Shown here: piece after piece, positions 26,889 through 36,820 of the stretch
Layout of the letters: the number at the start of each line of letters is the position of its first letter
Position numbering within the stretch: position 1 is the first letter of the stretch
Virus record (IMG/VR): IMGVR_UViG_3300047319_000185
Span: 1 to 64,000 of that record
Direction: 5' to 3' (one strand)
Source of the DNA: a virus
DNA: 64,000 bases
Position numbers and translations under genes: made by a program
Notes under the pieces: model-generated
Database searches by the model: none
The model's input: the letters and a program-made list of their open reading frames with translations, nothing else
Told to the model about the DNA's origin: nothing

Positions 26889-27276
26889 TAGACTCCCTGT
26901 TGATCAGATACTCAATGTACCAAATGGCCTTCTTCAGATCCTCTACACCATTCTTGTCCCTGTAATGAAGGAGATACTTAAGAGCAGACCCCTCAAAGAA
27001 GTCCAGACCATTGGCTGTAATAACATCAATGGGAGAGATACCCATCTTCTCATAGTGGTTTCCACCAACCTGCTTAAGCGTATCCTTTGGTGCCAGTTCC
27101 AGAATCCACCAAGCATCCTGATAGTTGGACATACGCAAGCCATCCTGCCTCTGAGGATTGTTCTTCTGATGAATACGCATTCCATCTTCATCACAGGAAT
27201 CAACTACCCAAGGACTGGTCTCACCATAAAACTTGCTGGTAATAATATCTCCTGCAATAGGAATAGCCTTAGACAT
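26881..27276 (-). CDS. DUF3310 (SaV-like) domain protein
   Basis: QVGGNHY..PID...FFEG.ALKY..YRDKNGVEDLKKAIWY. Confidence 0.88.
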   Translation of the reverse strand: MSKAIPIAGDIITSKFYGETSPWVVDSCDEDGMRIHQKNNPQRQDGLRMSNYQDAWWILELAPKDTLKQVGGNHYEKMGISPIDVITANGLDFFEGSALKYLLHYRDKNGVEDLKKAIWYIEYLINRESNV

Positions 27277-28225
27277 TTCGCTCCTTGATAAGTTCTGTCA
27301 TAGTCCGGATAGTACGAGAGAATGCTTCTCCCATTTGTGCAATGTTCTCGCCGAGTTCCACAAGCAGGACATCCGTCTTGGAACTGTCCCAAGGAGATAC
27401 ATTCTTGGCAACATCATCCCAGATTTCCTGAGTAGTCACAGGAACAAGATCAGCCTTCTTTGCTGCTTGTTCCTCTACCTTCTTGGCCACGAATGCATCA
27501 ATACCTGAAACGCTCTGTACGGCTGTCTGAGGCTCTGAAACAGGCTCAGTGGGCTTGGGTGCCACTGCCTTCTTCGCAACCCTCTTACGGGCCACTGGAG
27601 CCTTCTTAGGAGCTACTCCAGACTCTACTGCCAGAGCTTCCTGTTCGGCCTTGAACTCTTCCTGCTTGCGCTCACGATCAGCCTTGTCCTCAGCAGACTC
27701 GTATCCTTCAAAGACATCCACCATACCGTTGAGGTTCAGCGTCAGGATTTCAGGATGAGACTTGGCCTCATACAGGATCTCCAGATCGGACAGAGACGAC
27801 TCACCCTGAGTATAGGTACTCTCAGCATCAAAGAACATCAGGAAGACAGTCTCATCTCCTTCTGCCGCACGATCCTTGAGGAGCTTGAAACCAGTACTGA
27901 GTGCAAGATGCTCATCCTCAACCTTGATGATATCGGGAAGGGCAGCAAGATCCCTGTTCATGGGAGCATCCTTGACCTGGATGACCTGAACGTCTGCATC
28001 GGTGTTAATGGCATACTTGGTCATAAGATTCAGAGCAGGACCAGATCGGCCAAGGATAGGAAAGATAACCTTCACCTCTCGGATGCCAACAGCGTCAGGA
28101 TCACCCTTCTTTCCGAAAACCCAGTCATCAAGGTTCTCCTTGAGATTGGCCGCAGAAGTCTTACCAGTACCAGCAACCATGATCGTCAGGTCACGAGTGA
28201 AGTCACGCAAAATTTCCTCCTTCAA
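27269..28225 (-). CDS. hypothetical protein (alpha/beta N-domain, histone-like K/A linker, C-terminal helix)
   Basis: 318 aa; KKAPVARKRVAKKAVAPK segment. Confidence 0.75.
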   Translation of the reverse strand: MKEEILRDFTRDLTIMVAGTGKTSAANLKENLDDWVFGKKGDPDAVGIREVKVIFPILGRSGPALNLMTKYAINTDADVQVIQVKDAPMNRDLAALPDIIKVEDEHLALSTGFKLLKDRAAEGDETVFLMFFDAESTYTQGESSLSDLEILYEAKSHPEILTLNLNGMVDVFEGYESAEDKADRERKQEEFKAEQEALAVESGVAPKKAPVARKRVAKKAVAPKPTEPVSEPQTAVQSVSGIDAFVAKKVEEQAAKKADLVPVTTQEIWDDVAKNVSPWDSSKTDVLLVELGENIAQMGEAFSRTIRTMTELIKERNV

Positions 28226-28229
28226 TAGG

Positions 28230-28273
28230 AAAGCTCCTGTGAGCTTGGATTAACCATAGTTCACAGGAGCTTT
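28230..28273. terminator. 13-bp inverted repeat
   Basis: AAAGCTCCTGTGA ... TCACAGGAGCTTT. Confidence 0.6.
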
Positions 28274-28277
28274 AGAG

Positions 28278-28538
28278 TCAAGGAAGAGGCGGGATGTTAG
28301 ACTGTCGTCTCACTCGCTTCTCCGCAGCTCTAGGCACTGCCTTGTGTACTGTGGTGTCGATGAGAAGGACTATTCCACAGACAGCAGATACTGTCAAGTA
28401 CTGATGAGGAACGAAAGTGAGGCCGTAGGCTAAGCCAGGTAGTAGGATAAAGTGAATCAACCAGTCGGGGAGGTTGATGTGTGTCTTCAGGTATGCCCAG
28501 AGATAGACTAGGCTCAGTGCCATTAGTAGTAGGTTCAT
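28278..28538 (-). CDS. small three-TM membrane protein (holin candidate), probably leaderless
   Basis: Three hydrophobic helices, basic C-tail; TAGGCT 6 nt upstream of ATG, no SD. Confidence 0.6.
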   Translation of the reverse strand: MNLLLMALSLVYLWAYLKTHINLPDWLIHFILLPGLAYGLTFVPHQYLTVSAVCGIVLLIDTTVHKAVPRAAEKRVRRQSNIPPLP

Positions 28539-28566
28539 GTCAGTAGCCTACCAGAGGTTGCTGTAC

Positions 28567-28596
28567 TTGACACTGACAAGAAAAGTTTGGTAGTCT
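28567..28596 (+). promoter_or_regulatory. sigma70/HrdB-type promoter, plus strand
   Basis: TTGACA-N18-TAGTCT. Confidence 0.6.
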
Positions 28597-28637
28597 CTGG
28601 TATGTCGAAGCACTACCCCATAAAAGCATATAAAGAT

Positions 28638-28681
28638 AAAAGAGTTATAATCCTTATCTATTAAAGGACTATAACTCTTTT
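28638..28681 (-). terminator. terminator ending the virion-structure operon
   Basis: 18-bp stem AAAAGAGTTATAGTCCTT/AAGGATTATAACTCTTTT (one G-U on minus strand), T-rich flanks. Confidence 0.75.
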
Positions 28682-28697
28682 TCTATTAGACAATAAC

Positions 28698-31130
28698 TTA
28701 ACTAACTGGTTGAGCAAACTTAAGAGTATAAGTTTCTCCAACAGGAAGAACAGAAGGTAAAGCTACATTCAATCTGTTAAGTTTATTAGTGTAGTTACTG
28801 TAATAGTAAGATCTACTGTTGTTAACTACTCCACCAGATTCCCACTGGTAATCAGAAGTAGAGAATCCACCATCAAAGAATGAATTTACATTCTGACTTT
28901 CTTCTACAAGAAGTGAATCAACCCAGAAAGTAAAGACAGGTTGAAGAACATAGTTTCTGTACATTACATAGAAGTAGAAACTGTAGTCCTGTACTCCACC
29001 TGGTGGAACAGTATAGGTGGTTGAAATTCTGGTCCAACCATTGACTGTGTTGGTAGCTTTAACAGCATTGGTACTCAGTGCATTTACACCAGTGAAATTA
29101 GAGTCGTAGAAGTTCATCATTACATCTGGACAACCAAGACTCTGCTTTACATAGGCAGAGATAGTATATGTATGTCCTATCTTCAATCCTTGTACTACTG
29201 GGACACTTGCTCCACCAGTAAAGCTTCCGGGAGTAGAAGTTCCTAATTGTCCTGTGGTGGTATTACCTGAGAATGAACCTGAAGGAGCTACAAAGTTTAC
29301 CTTCATGGAACCCAGAGAATTAAATCCTGTGGTTCCATCCCATGACATCGTCACTGGGTTAGGAGTACCAGAAGTATTTACATTTGTTTGAAACCAACCA
29401 GTTGTGTTGGTATTGAATCCCGCATTTGCTACATAGTTTACCCTGTCAGCCTTTACTACAATATCTGCATTACGGGGACTTGCATAATTAGGTGTAACCT
29501 GTCCGGCTATAAAGGTATTGGTGCCTACAATATAGTGATTGTCCATGTGGACAGTTTCAATAAGGCTACCTGAGTTTATAACTACAGGAACTACAGACAT
29601 CCATACGGAATTAGTAGGCGCTGGAACACCAGCGGTATTGATAATACCTGTCTGCCAAGTACCACCACCGGGATGCACATTCATATTTGAGATAGTCGCA
29701 CTGGCAATAGTGTTGCTGGCTCCTGTTGTAAGGATATTGAAGTTGGCATCATAGTAGAGAATTGTTGCGAACCAGTTGGTGTTGGCTCTCAGGACATACA
29801 AGGATACAGAAGCATACAGACTTTCATATGTAGCGTTCTCCAGAAGAACTGGTGTCATCCCTGCCTTTTGTGGCAGGGGATAGTATGCCAGTTGTCCAGT
29901 TCCTATCGTTGTAGGAGAAGACGTACTGATAACCTTTCCCGAATAGGCCCCTGTCAGCGTCACATCCGAACTTCTGAAAGCCGTTAGAACTCCTGGTCCG
30001 GCACCATAACAGCACTGAGTTATGTAAAGAGAAGCATCTAGGGACAGACGATTACTTATTCCTACCAATGAATTGGGAGAAAGCTGCACACTGCTCAGGA
30101 AATTTGTACCTGTCTGCGGAATTGCATGGCTGTTGGCATCAATAGAAGCGTACTCAGCAGGCTGCCAGTAAGAACCATCACGGTACTGTGTAGGAGCACT
30201 GAGGGTTGCCAGTGAACGAACCCACTTGTTCTGCGTGAAGGTCGCTCCATTGCTGCTTGTAGCAGAATTGAATATAGGGGCGAAGTAACCGTTGAATCGT
30301 GCGGAGTCCAGGTTACCTGCCCCAGTGGTGCTTCCCTGGCTGAAGGCAAAGTCTGTTACTCCGCCCTCAGGTAGTCCCAGAGATACCTTGAAGCTTGCGT
30401 GAAGCCCTGAGATGCCGTTTACAGAGGCTTTCAGCGCGTTGGGGGAAGATAGTACTGCCAGACCGTGTGCGGCTGCTGAAGCCCCTGTTGTGGCCGATAG
30501 AGCCAGTGTTGTGCCCGGCAGGTTGATGTGGGAAACCAGTGCTAGGTTTCCTGGACTCTCAATACCTGTGAATCCGGCAAAGATAGAGACAACCACAGAG
30601 GATGTATCCCATAGATAGGAGACACTTCCTAGCTCTGTCCAAGTGCTTCCGTCAGGAGAGACATCGAAATGAAACAGGACAGAGTCATTGCGAATTCTCC
30701 AGTAGGCATGGGCAGTAGGATTATAGGCAGGCATATTGGAAGAAATATTTACTACAGAGCTATCGTTTACACCATAAGCACTGAAGTTACCTTGTGGACC
30801 CACGGACATGGTTACATAGTTATTGTTGTTGTCCTTGACAATAAGAGCTGTCTGGGTCCCGCCGTTTCCAGAAGGAGCTGGAACTATCTTGGCGAAGAAG
30901 GAGTCATTGGTTATGTCGTAAAGGGCAGCACCAAGGTAACTGGGAGTAGACGTAGCCTCAATGTACGGAAGGTTAGTAAGTACATCTATCCCAAAATTTC
31001 CACTAGTGGTATTCCACTGGGGATTAAGTAGCTCAGTACCACCACCATAGCTGCCACTTCCATATCCGAAAGCTCCGTAGCCATCGGGTAGAAAGAAGTC
31101 AATGAGAGTACTGGTTTTTGGGTTTGCCAT
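28698..31130 (-). CDS. tail fibre / receptor-binding protein with carbohydrate-binding-like domains
   Basis: 810 aa, beta-rich; NYVANAGF..TGW..YTISAYVK..WTRIS (CBM4/9-like); last gene of tail module. Confidence 0.75.
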   Translation of the reverse strand: MANPKTSTLIDFFLPDGYGAFGYGSGSYGGGTELLNPQWNTTSGNFGIDVLTNLPYIEATSTPSYLGAALYDITNDSFFAKIVPAPSGNGGTQTALIVKDNNNNYVTMSVGPQGNFSAYGVNDSSVVNISSNMPAYNPTAHAYWRIRNDSVLFHFDVSPDGSTWTELGSVSYLWDTSSVVVSIFAGFTGIESPGNLALVSHINLPGTTLALSATTGASAAAHGLAVLSSPNALKASVNGISGLHASFKVSLGLPEGGVTDFAFSQGSTTGAGNLDSARFNGYFAPIFNSATSSNGATFTQNKWVRSLATLSAPTQYRDGSYWQPAEYASIDANSHAIPQTGTNFLSSVQLSPNSLVGISNRLSLDASLYITQCCYGAGPGVLTAFRSSDVTLTGAYSGKVISTSSPTTIGTGQLAYYPLPQKAGMTPVLLENATYESLYASVSLYVLRANTNWFATILYYDANFNILTTGASNTIASATISNMNVHPGGGTWQTGIINTAGVPAPTNSVWMSVVPVVINSGSLIETVHMDNHYIVGTNTFIAGQVTPNYASPRNADIVVKADRVNYVANAGFNTNTTGWFQTNVNTSGTPNPVTMSWDGTTGFNSLGSMKVNFVAPSGSFSGNTTTGQLGTSTPGSFTGGASVPVVQGLKIGHTYTISAYVKQSLGCPDVMMNFYDSNFTGVNALSTNAVKATNTVNGWTRISTTYTVPPGGVQDYSFYFYVMYRNYVLQPVFTFWVDSLLVEESQNVNSFFDGGFSTSDYQWESGGVVNNSRSYYYSNYTNKLNRLNVALPSVLPVGETYTLKFAQPVS

Positions 31131-33467
31131 TTACACTGCTCCAGACGCTGAGTACTTGTGAATAATTCCGAATTGCGGAGTACCACTCAAAGGATTGCTT
31201 ATATCTACCAGTTGTACCAGGGTTCCCTTACTGTCCCGTGCATACTTGGATACGATTATATCCGTAGTTGTAATATCTACGACTATGCGATCTCCATCAA
31301 CGAGTCTGGTCCAGTTGGTCACAAGACTTTCCACACCAGCAGCTACCTGGTAAAGACTCTTTCTCGTTACGTAGAAGAAATTGCTGGCATTTACATATCC
31401 GAAGATAATACCGTGAGCCTTGTGAGTAGTGTCGTTGTAATCCGTAGCAAAGGTAAGAGCTAGTCTTGCTTGTGCCAGACCAGTAGGCTGAAGGATATAT
31501 TCATACGTAGTGGTACCTGCGATAGTAGGATCTACGAATGCCATTCCATGATTTGACTTCCACAATCCTGCTGTTGAAGGTGTAGCTGTCCAAGCTGATG
31601 ATGGAAGCGTTATGTCAGTGGTTCCATTCAGATCCGTATAGTCAGTAATAAATCTGGCCAGACTACCTGTGTACACAGTAGTTGTCGGATATTGAATAGC
31701 TATATTTGTCAGATTGGTTCCATCACTGGCGTAGAAGTTTGCGTTTACCGCATACTGTAGGGCACCTGTTCCTGTTGCAATACTACCGAAGTATGCGCTG
31801 GCAGTATAAACAAACTCAGAAGGCTGTACATACACCCAGTTGAGATTGGAGTAGTAGTTACCCGTTGGCTGGTAGTTAGTATTCGGATTAGTAGCAAGGT
31901 AGATAATTCCGAAGAACTGAACCTTGTCTCCTACTGCATACTGAGTGACTTTGTCCCAAGGCTGTACCTGAGGAATAGGCACACCGTCCTTTACAGTATT
32001 AGGACGATCAGTAGTAACGAAATAGAAAGCCTTCCACACCTGGTTGTTAGTCCCTGGTGTCACTACTGTAGTAGAAGGACCATTAGGAGCAAGTGCTACG
32101 TAGTAATATCCGTCTGCTCCAAGTACATAATTATTTATTACATAGTTAGCGGCATTGGAATAATTAGGTGTATTGATAGGAGAAATACTATAGATATCCA
32201 CAAATCCAGCATTGAGATTAGTGGTCTGATTAAATGCTAACGCATTCCAGTTGTGGATAGTAGTATCCGTAGGGTGTGGTAAACCTGCTACTACACCAGT
32301 AAGGGTAGCTGCGGCTCCGTTAGGAACAGCCTGCCATGTGGAGTAGAAAGAAGTCTCAGGATTTAGCAGGGTAGTTGTGTCAAGAACCTGTAGCTGAACC
32401 TGCCACCATGTATTGCTTGTTCCCAGTCCTGTAGGAGCCTGAGCAGTACCTACAGATTGTACAAGGTTCTTGTAGTTGTATCCGCTGTACTGGATAAGCT
32501 GGTTAGGGAAGTAAGTAGTATTCGCACTCCAGGTATCGTAATTTGGATGGACGAATGCGGACTGGTCCCCAGTATTCAGCAGATTTGTATTATAGGTAGA
32601 CGTAGAATCCCAACCGGCTAGGTCGGCAATAAGATTGTGCAGGCTCTGAGCCTCACCCTTAAGCTGGTAGTTCACAGTAGCATTCTTGATACGTTGTCTG
32701 CGCTGCTGAGGTGTGGACATGTAATCAGTATTGATACCTAGTTGCTGGCCCAGAATATCCAAGGATGTAGCAGAAACCCTGTCCGCATTATTAGAGTTCA
32801 GATAAAGGTCATAACTGTTCTTTAGTGTACTGAGTCCGAATCCGAATACATTCAGATAGTTCTGTAGAGAAGGATTATCTACAGTAGTGTTTCCGAAAGT
32901 GTCAGAGGAAGTAATCTTGTACGGCTGAGGAGTTCTGTTGTACAGCAGGGAACCGTATCCAGAATTCCCAAGAGAAAGAGTCGCTGCGTATCCTGCTGGA
33001 TACCATGTTGGTATGTATGTTGAAGGACTCCAGAAGGAACTACCAGCAGCAGGAGTATTACCAGTATTGACAGTTGTAAGGCTGCTCCAGTACAAACCGT
33101 TGTACAGTACCTGCTGATTGGTTACATAACCTGTACCCACATTCCAGGTAGGTGCCTCAATAGTAATGAACATGGCGTAGTAATAGATGGTACCCGTAGT
33201 AAGACCTGTATCATCATAGGATCTCACCATAGTCCCAGGAACAATTTCCTGTAGTAGCACACCATCATTTGCAGTAGAGGGATATCCATAAGTACTACGA
33301 ACTAGGTGAAGAAACTTCCAGGTGGTTGTATTAGGAGACTGCCACTGCAACTTGATCTCGTTGTAGTTGGACTGAGAAGCTGTAAAAGGAGTTACACTGT
33401 AATCCGCAGGCTGTGAATATCCGTAGAAGTCCTGCCCATAGATATCGACTCCATAGCCTTTGCTCAT
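31131..33467 (-). CDS. baseplate wedge / tail protein (P2 gpI-like) with CBM5/12-like repeats
   Basis: LDILGQQLG..RQRIKNA..YQLKG domain; four W....Y..(G/N)..V.Y.G..Y modules. Confidence 0.75.
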   Translation of the reverse strand: MSKGYGVDIYGQDFYGYSQPADYSVTPFTASQSNYNEIKLQWQSPNTTTWKFLHLVRSTYGYPSTANDGVLLQEIVPGTMVRSYDDTGLTTGTIYYYAMFITIEAPTWNVGTGYVTNQQVLYNGLYWSSLTTVNTGNTPAAGSSFWSPSTYIPTWYPAGYAATLSLGNSGYGSLLYNRTPQPYKITSSDTFGNTTVDNPSLQNYLNVFGFGLSTLKNSYDLYLNSNNADRVSATSLDILGQQLGINTDYMSTPQQRRQRIKNATVNYQLKGEAQSLHNLIADLAGWDSTSTYNTNLLNTGDQSAFVHPNYDTWSANTTYFPNQLIQYSGYNYKNLVQSVGTAQAPTGLGTSNTWWQVQLQVLDTTTLLNPETSFYSTWQAVPNGAAATLTGVVAGLPHPTDTTIHNWNALAFNQTTNLNAGFVDIYSISPINTPNYSNAANYVINNYVLGADGYYYVALAPNGPSTTVVTPGTNNQVWKAFYFVTTDRPNTVKDGVPIPQVQPWDKVTQYAVGDKVQFFGIIYLATNPNTNYQPTGNYYSNLNWVYVQPSEFVYTASAYFGSIATGTGALQYAVNANFYASDGTNLTNIAIQYPTTTVYTGSLARFITDYTDLNGTTDITLPSSAWTATPSTAGLWKSNHGMAFVDPTIAGTTTYEYILQPTGLAQARLALTFATDYNDTTHKAHGIIFGYVNASNFFYVTRKSLYQVAAGVESLVTNWTRLVDGDRIVVDITTTDIIVSKYARDSKGTLVQLVDISNPLSGTPQFGIIHKYSASGAV

Positions 33468-33476
33468 GTGTGCTCC

Positions 33477-34181
33477 TTATATATTGTTCAGTGGAGATGT
33501 ACCAGCGTGGAAAGCTGTAGTAGGTGGATCTCTGTGGTAGGTAACAGCCATCATAGCTGTGGCAGTAATACCTGTTGTTAGTACATTCTGTACAGCTATC
33601 ATTTCAATAGTAGTACCTTGAGTCCAAGGCAGTGTAATAGAAGCTGACTGGTGATTAGATCTCTGCCATCCCTGAGGGAAGTATCTAAGATCGTCTACGT
33701 ATTCATATGTTCCACCAGCGGGTAGCGCTCTTATACCTAACCCACCTGCTCTGTTAAACGGTGTCTGCTGACTGTCGGCTGGTTGATTGTCTGCGTGCCA
33801 TCTTATGTAGATATCAAAAGTATATACACCTGATCGTGTACAGGTAAGAGTTGGTCCTCCACCCCACATATTATGGGTGTCCCAAGTCTTACTGGTCCAT
33901 TGGATAGGGACAGAGGTATTGTATCCCACGACGATATTATTGGCCCAGACATTGGCGTAAGGCTTTGACTTCCCTTGTCTTACAGACGTTATTCTTGAAG
34001 ATACAGTAGGCCAGGAAGCAAGCTGCCCATCGATAGTGTCCGTATTAGGAAGAACACCTAGTATATTCTGAGTAGCTGATATCTCATCATACGCCACATT
34101 TACGTCAGCAGCTTCTACTAGTTCTGTATAGTCCACACGGTTAGAGAACTTCTTTACTGCGTTAGGATAGATTGCTACCAT
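33477..34181 (-). CDS. minor tail protein (C1q-like C-domain possible)
   Basis: A.YP...F..RVD..V.A.DVN..YDEI.A.Q..LG N-terminus; position. Confidence 0.65.
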   Translation of the reverse strand: MVAIYPNAVKKFSNRVDYTELVEAADVNVAYDEISATQNILGVLPNTDTIDGQLASWPTVSSRITSVRQGKSKPYANVWANNIVVGYNTSVPIQWTSKTWDTHNMWGGGPTLTCTRSGVYTFDIYIRWHADNQPADSQQTPFNRAGGLGIRALPAGGTYEYVDDLRYFPQGWQRSNHQSASITLPWTQGTTIEMIAVQNVLTTGITATAMMAVTYHRDPPTTAFHAGTSPLNNI

Positions 34182-34190
34182 GGTTACTCC

Positions 34191-35717
34191 TTATGGTGTA
34201 GCAGTTACGGATACAACAATATTACCAACAGTTGGTAGCTCGAAACTTCTCATAAGGATATCCGCAGCACCTGACTGAACAGCATCTGATCGTACAAAGA
34301 GAGGAATATTTACGTACTGTACACCTGGAATATTGTACAGTGCTGAATAAGCAGAGCTAAGGGAGACTCTCCCTCCAAGAACTACATTACTAGGTGCGAA
34401 TAGATTCTGTATAGCCTGAGTAGCTGCTATCTGAATAGACGCAGGATTATATCTAGAACTACATCCTATCGTTATTGGAGTGCTGTTGGCTCCCACATTA
34501 ATAGGTACGAGAGTAGCGGAGTTTACAGTAACAGTAGTACCAGCAAGTGCATTGGCCTGTAGGAATGTTGTTGTCTGGTTTATAACAGACTGCGTGGGTA
34601 GCACGTTACCGACACCAGTTATATATACCGTGATATTAGTATAAGTATTAGCTACCGCATTAGCCTGAGAAACAGTCGCAAGACTCATAGCAAGATTGCC
34701 GTAGTCCGCAAGGGTTACGGCTCTTTGCTGTGTAGTGAAAGACTTAGGAGCATTGACTCTGATCTGGTCTATGCTCTCTGCGGCTGTTCCACCTGTTGTA
34801 CTTGTGGAGCTTATGATATTGACGCCAAGAATAGGAGAAGCAATATCAATAATGGAATTAGAAGTAAGATTGCCTATAGTTCCACCACCTACACGATAGT
34901 TTGCATATACCTGTAGACCTGCGGCAGGAATAGAACCATTGATATTATCGCCGAAGTTGACTGTAACAATTCCCTTGGCATCTACTGTCTCTGCCCATGC
35001 CAGATCATTGGACTTGGAGGACTGTAGTGAATTGACCTGGTTCCAGGCAAGAATAGGATCTACGTTGGTTACTCCAGGAAAGTTAGGATTCTGAATGTAT
35101 ACAGTTACCGATCCGCTGACTACAGGATTATTTGCCAGAGCAAAAGTCTGCAACTGGGAGCCATCAGAGGTTCCAAGTAGTTCTGTAGTGATAGCGAAAG
35201 GAGAAGCAGTACTATTTCCTATGGTGAATACAGCTTTTCCCTGTGTTACTCCCTGCACAACTGGAACAGCCACAGTTCCACCATTTGCAGGAACCGTAGC
35301 TGCTTGAGTAGTCTCAAAAACGATAGGACCATTGAGACTGCTGATGTAGTCGGTTGTTACCTGAGTAGCCAGTGGAATGGGAACTGCTGCTGAAGTAGTA
35401 GCAGTCTGAAAGGTAACTGTTCCTGTAGCTGCTTGTGGTTGGCCTGGTGTATATCCGAGAAGCTGTGCCAGTAGAAGAACAGAGGACAACTGAGTGGCTG
35501 TGCCTATATATGCTTCCCCTAGAATACGGTCACCATAGTAGGACAGTACGTCTAGTTCTCTGGACAGGGATTCCAGGAGCATGACTTCTAGACTTCCCGG
35601 ATTCTGGTTGGTCCATTCCGGAAAAGCTGTTGTAGCGAATGTCAGCATGGACTGTAGGAAACCTGTGTAGTCCTTACTGGTGTAGTCGATAGCGGGAACA
35701 CCATTAACCGTTGCCAT
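34191..35717 (-). CDS. baseplate J-like wedge protein
   Basis: IDYTSKDY, PEWT, FGD..G.IP, RAVT..DY, IPGV. Confidence 0.92.
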   Translation of the reverse strand: MATVNGVPAIDYTSKDYTGFLQSMLTFATTAFPEWTNQNPGSLEVMLLESLSRELDVLSYYGDRILGEAYIGTATQLSSVLLLAQLLGYTPGQPQAATGTVTFQTATTSAAVPIPLATQVTTDYISSLNGPIVFETTQAATVPANGGTVAVPVVQGVTQGKAVFTIGNSTASPFAITTELLGTSDGSQLQTFALANNPVVSGSVTVYIQNPNFPGVTNVDPILAWNQVNSLQSSKSNDLAWAETVDAKGIVTVNFGDNINGSIPAAGLQVYANYRVGGGTIGNLTSNSIIDIASPILGVNIISSTSTTGGTAAESIDQIRVNAPKSFTTQQRAVTLADYGNLAMSLATVSQANAVANTYTNITVYITGVGNVLPTQSVINQTTTFLQANALAGTTVTVNSATLVPINVGANSTPITIGCSSRYNPASIQIAATQAIQNLFAPSNVVLGGRVSLSSAYSALYNIPGVQYVNIPLFVRSDAVQSGAADILMRSFELPTVGNIVVSVTATP

Positions 35718-35732
35718 TAATATCTCTTCTCC

Positions 35733-36152
35733 TTAACCGTTACCTGCTAGAGTAACGTCCTTGACGGTTCCACCAACTTCAACAGTAACCATGTTGGCAG
35801 CCGTAGAAGCTGCTGAACCCTGAAGCAATGGAGAATAGTTTACATTGACTGCTGCCACACCATCATTCGCATTACCTGTAACAGGCTGAACAGACAGAAC
35901 CTTTAGACCAGGTTCATACAGGTTCAACTGCTGCGTTACAAGAGCGGATAGTTCTGTGGCAATAAAAGCATTATTGGGATCGAATAGAAGCTTTGACAAA
36001 GGCAATCCCATTTGGGCACGCATAGCTCGCTGGCCAACTTCAGTAGAAATAATAGCATCTACTCTCTGCTGAACTTGTGCACTGTTATCAGTCTGTATAG
36101 ACACGGCACCATTCTGAAGAACAGTGAACGGAATTGAAATTTGTGAACCCAT
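35733..36152 (-). CDS. gp25/W-like baseplate wedge (sheath initiator)
   Basis: I.TE.GQR.MR..G..L..LLF, YEP. Confidence 0.88.
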   Translation of the reverse strand: MGSQISIPFTVLQNGAVSIQTDNSAQVQQRVDAIISTEVGQRAMRAQMGLPLSKLLFDPNNAFIATELSALVTQQLNLYEPGLKVLSVQPVTGNANDGVAAVNVNYSPLLQGSAASTAANMVTVEVGGTVKDVTLAGNG

Positions 36153-36166
36153 ATTATTATCCCATA

Positions 36167-36820
36167 CTAAGAAAGGTTACCCAAAGGAACTATGCACTCG
36201 TCTACCCAGTACTCATTATTTATAGCTATGCCGCCACCCATCAGCGTAGTGACACTAACGACACCAGCAGAAGTTATCTGTAGACCGAAGGACGTTACTG
36301 TGGCAGCATTATTTCTCTTGGTGTCGGCCCAATAAGTAGCTGAAGGACGGTATCCAACAGGTAGTGTGAATACAGCAGCAGAAGGTAATGTTCCTCCGGC
36401 CATAAAGCATCCACCAATTACCAGGTTGTCTTCAATATCTAATCTGAATCTCAAGCTCTGATTACCAGTGGTTGTATTGAAGGTAGTAGAAGTCAGCCAG
36501 TTTGGATTGTAGGAAGGAGTCTGCCAAGAAGCGTTGGCTTTTATGAGAGGACTGTTTACCTGTAGAACTCCAGTAGCTCCTAAGTACACATAGGAAGAAT
36601 TGGTTACATAGAAAGGCTTGGTAACATCTCCTCCGTTGAAGCCAATCCATACTACTGTATTAACATTAGGTACAGGCATCCGTGGGTTTATAGGTTCCGC
36701 TGATCTGATCTCCGCTGAACCCGCGACCTGAGGACACTGGACACGTATCTTGCCTGTATTCGTGCTGTCTGTATTGGAAGTAACGACAGCTCTGTACAGC
36801 GCATCTAGACTAGGTTGCAT
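36167..36820 (-). CDS. baseplate spike (gpV-like OB fold) fused to fibre domain
   Basis: YRAVV..N.D..GKIRV.CP..VP.V..VVW.F.GGD..P; C-terminal FTLPVGYRP. Confidence 0.85.
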   Translation of the reverse strand: MQPSLDALYRAVVTSNTDSTNTGKIRVQCPQVAGSAEIRSAEPINPRMPVPNVNTVVWIGFNGGDVTKPFYVTNSSYVYLGATGVLQVNSPLIKANASWQTPSYNPNWLTSTTFNTTTGNQSLRFRLDIEDNLVIGGCFMAGGTLPSAAVFTLPVGYRPSATYWADTKRNNAATVTSFGLQITSAGVVSVTTLMGGGIAINNEYWVDECIVPLGNLS

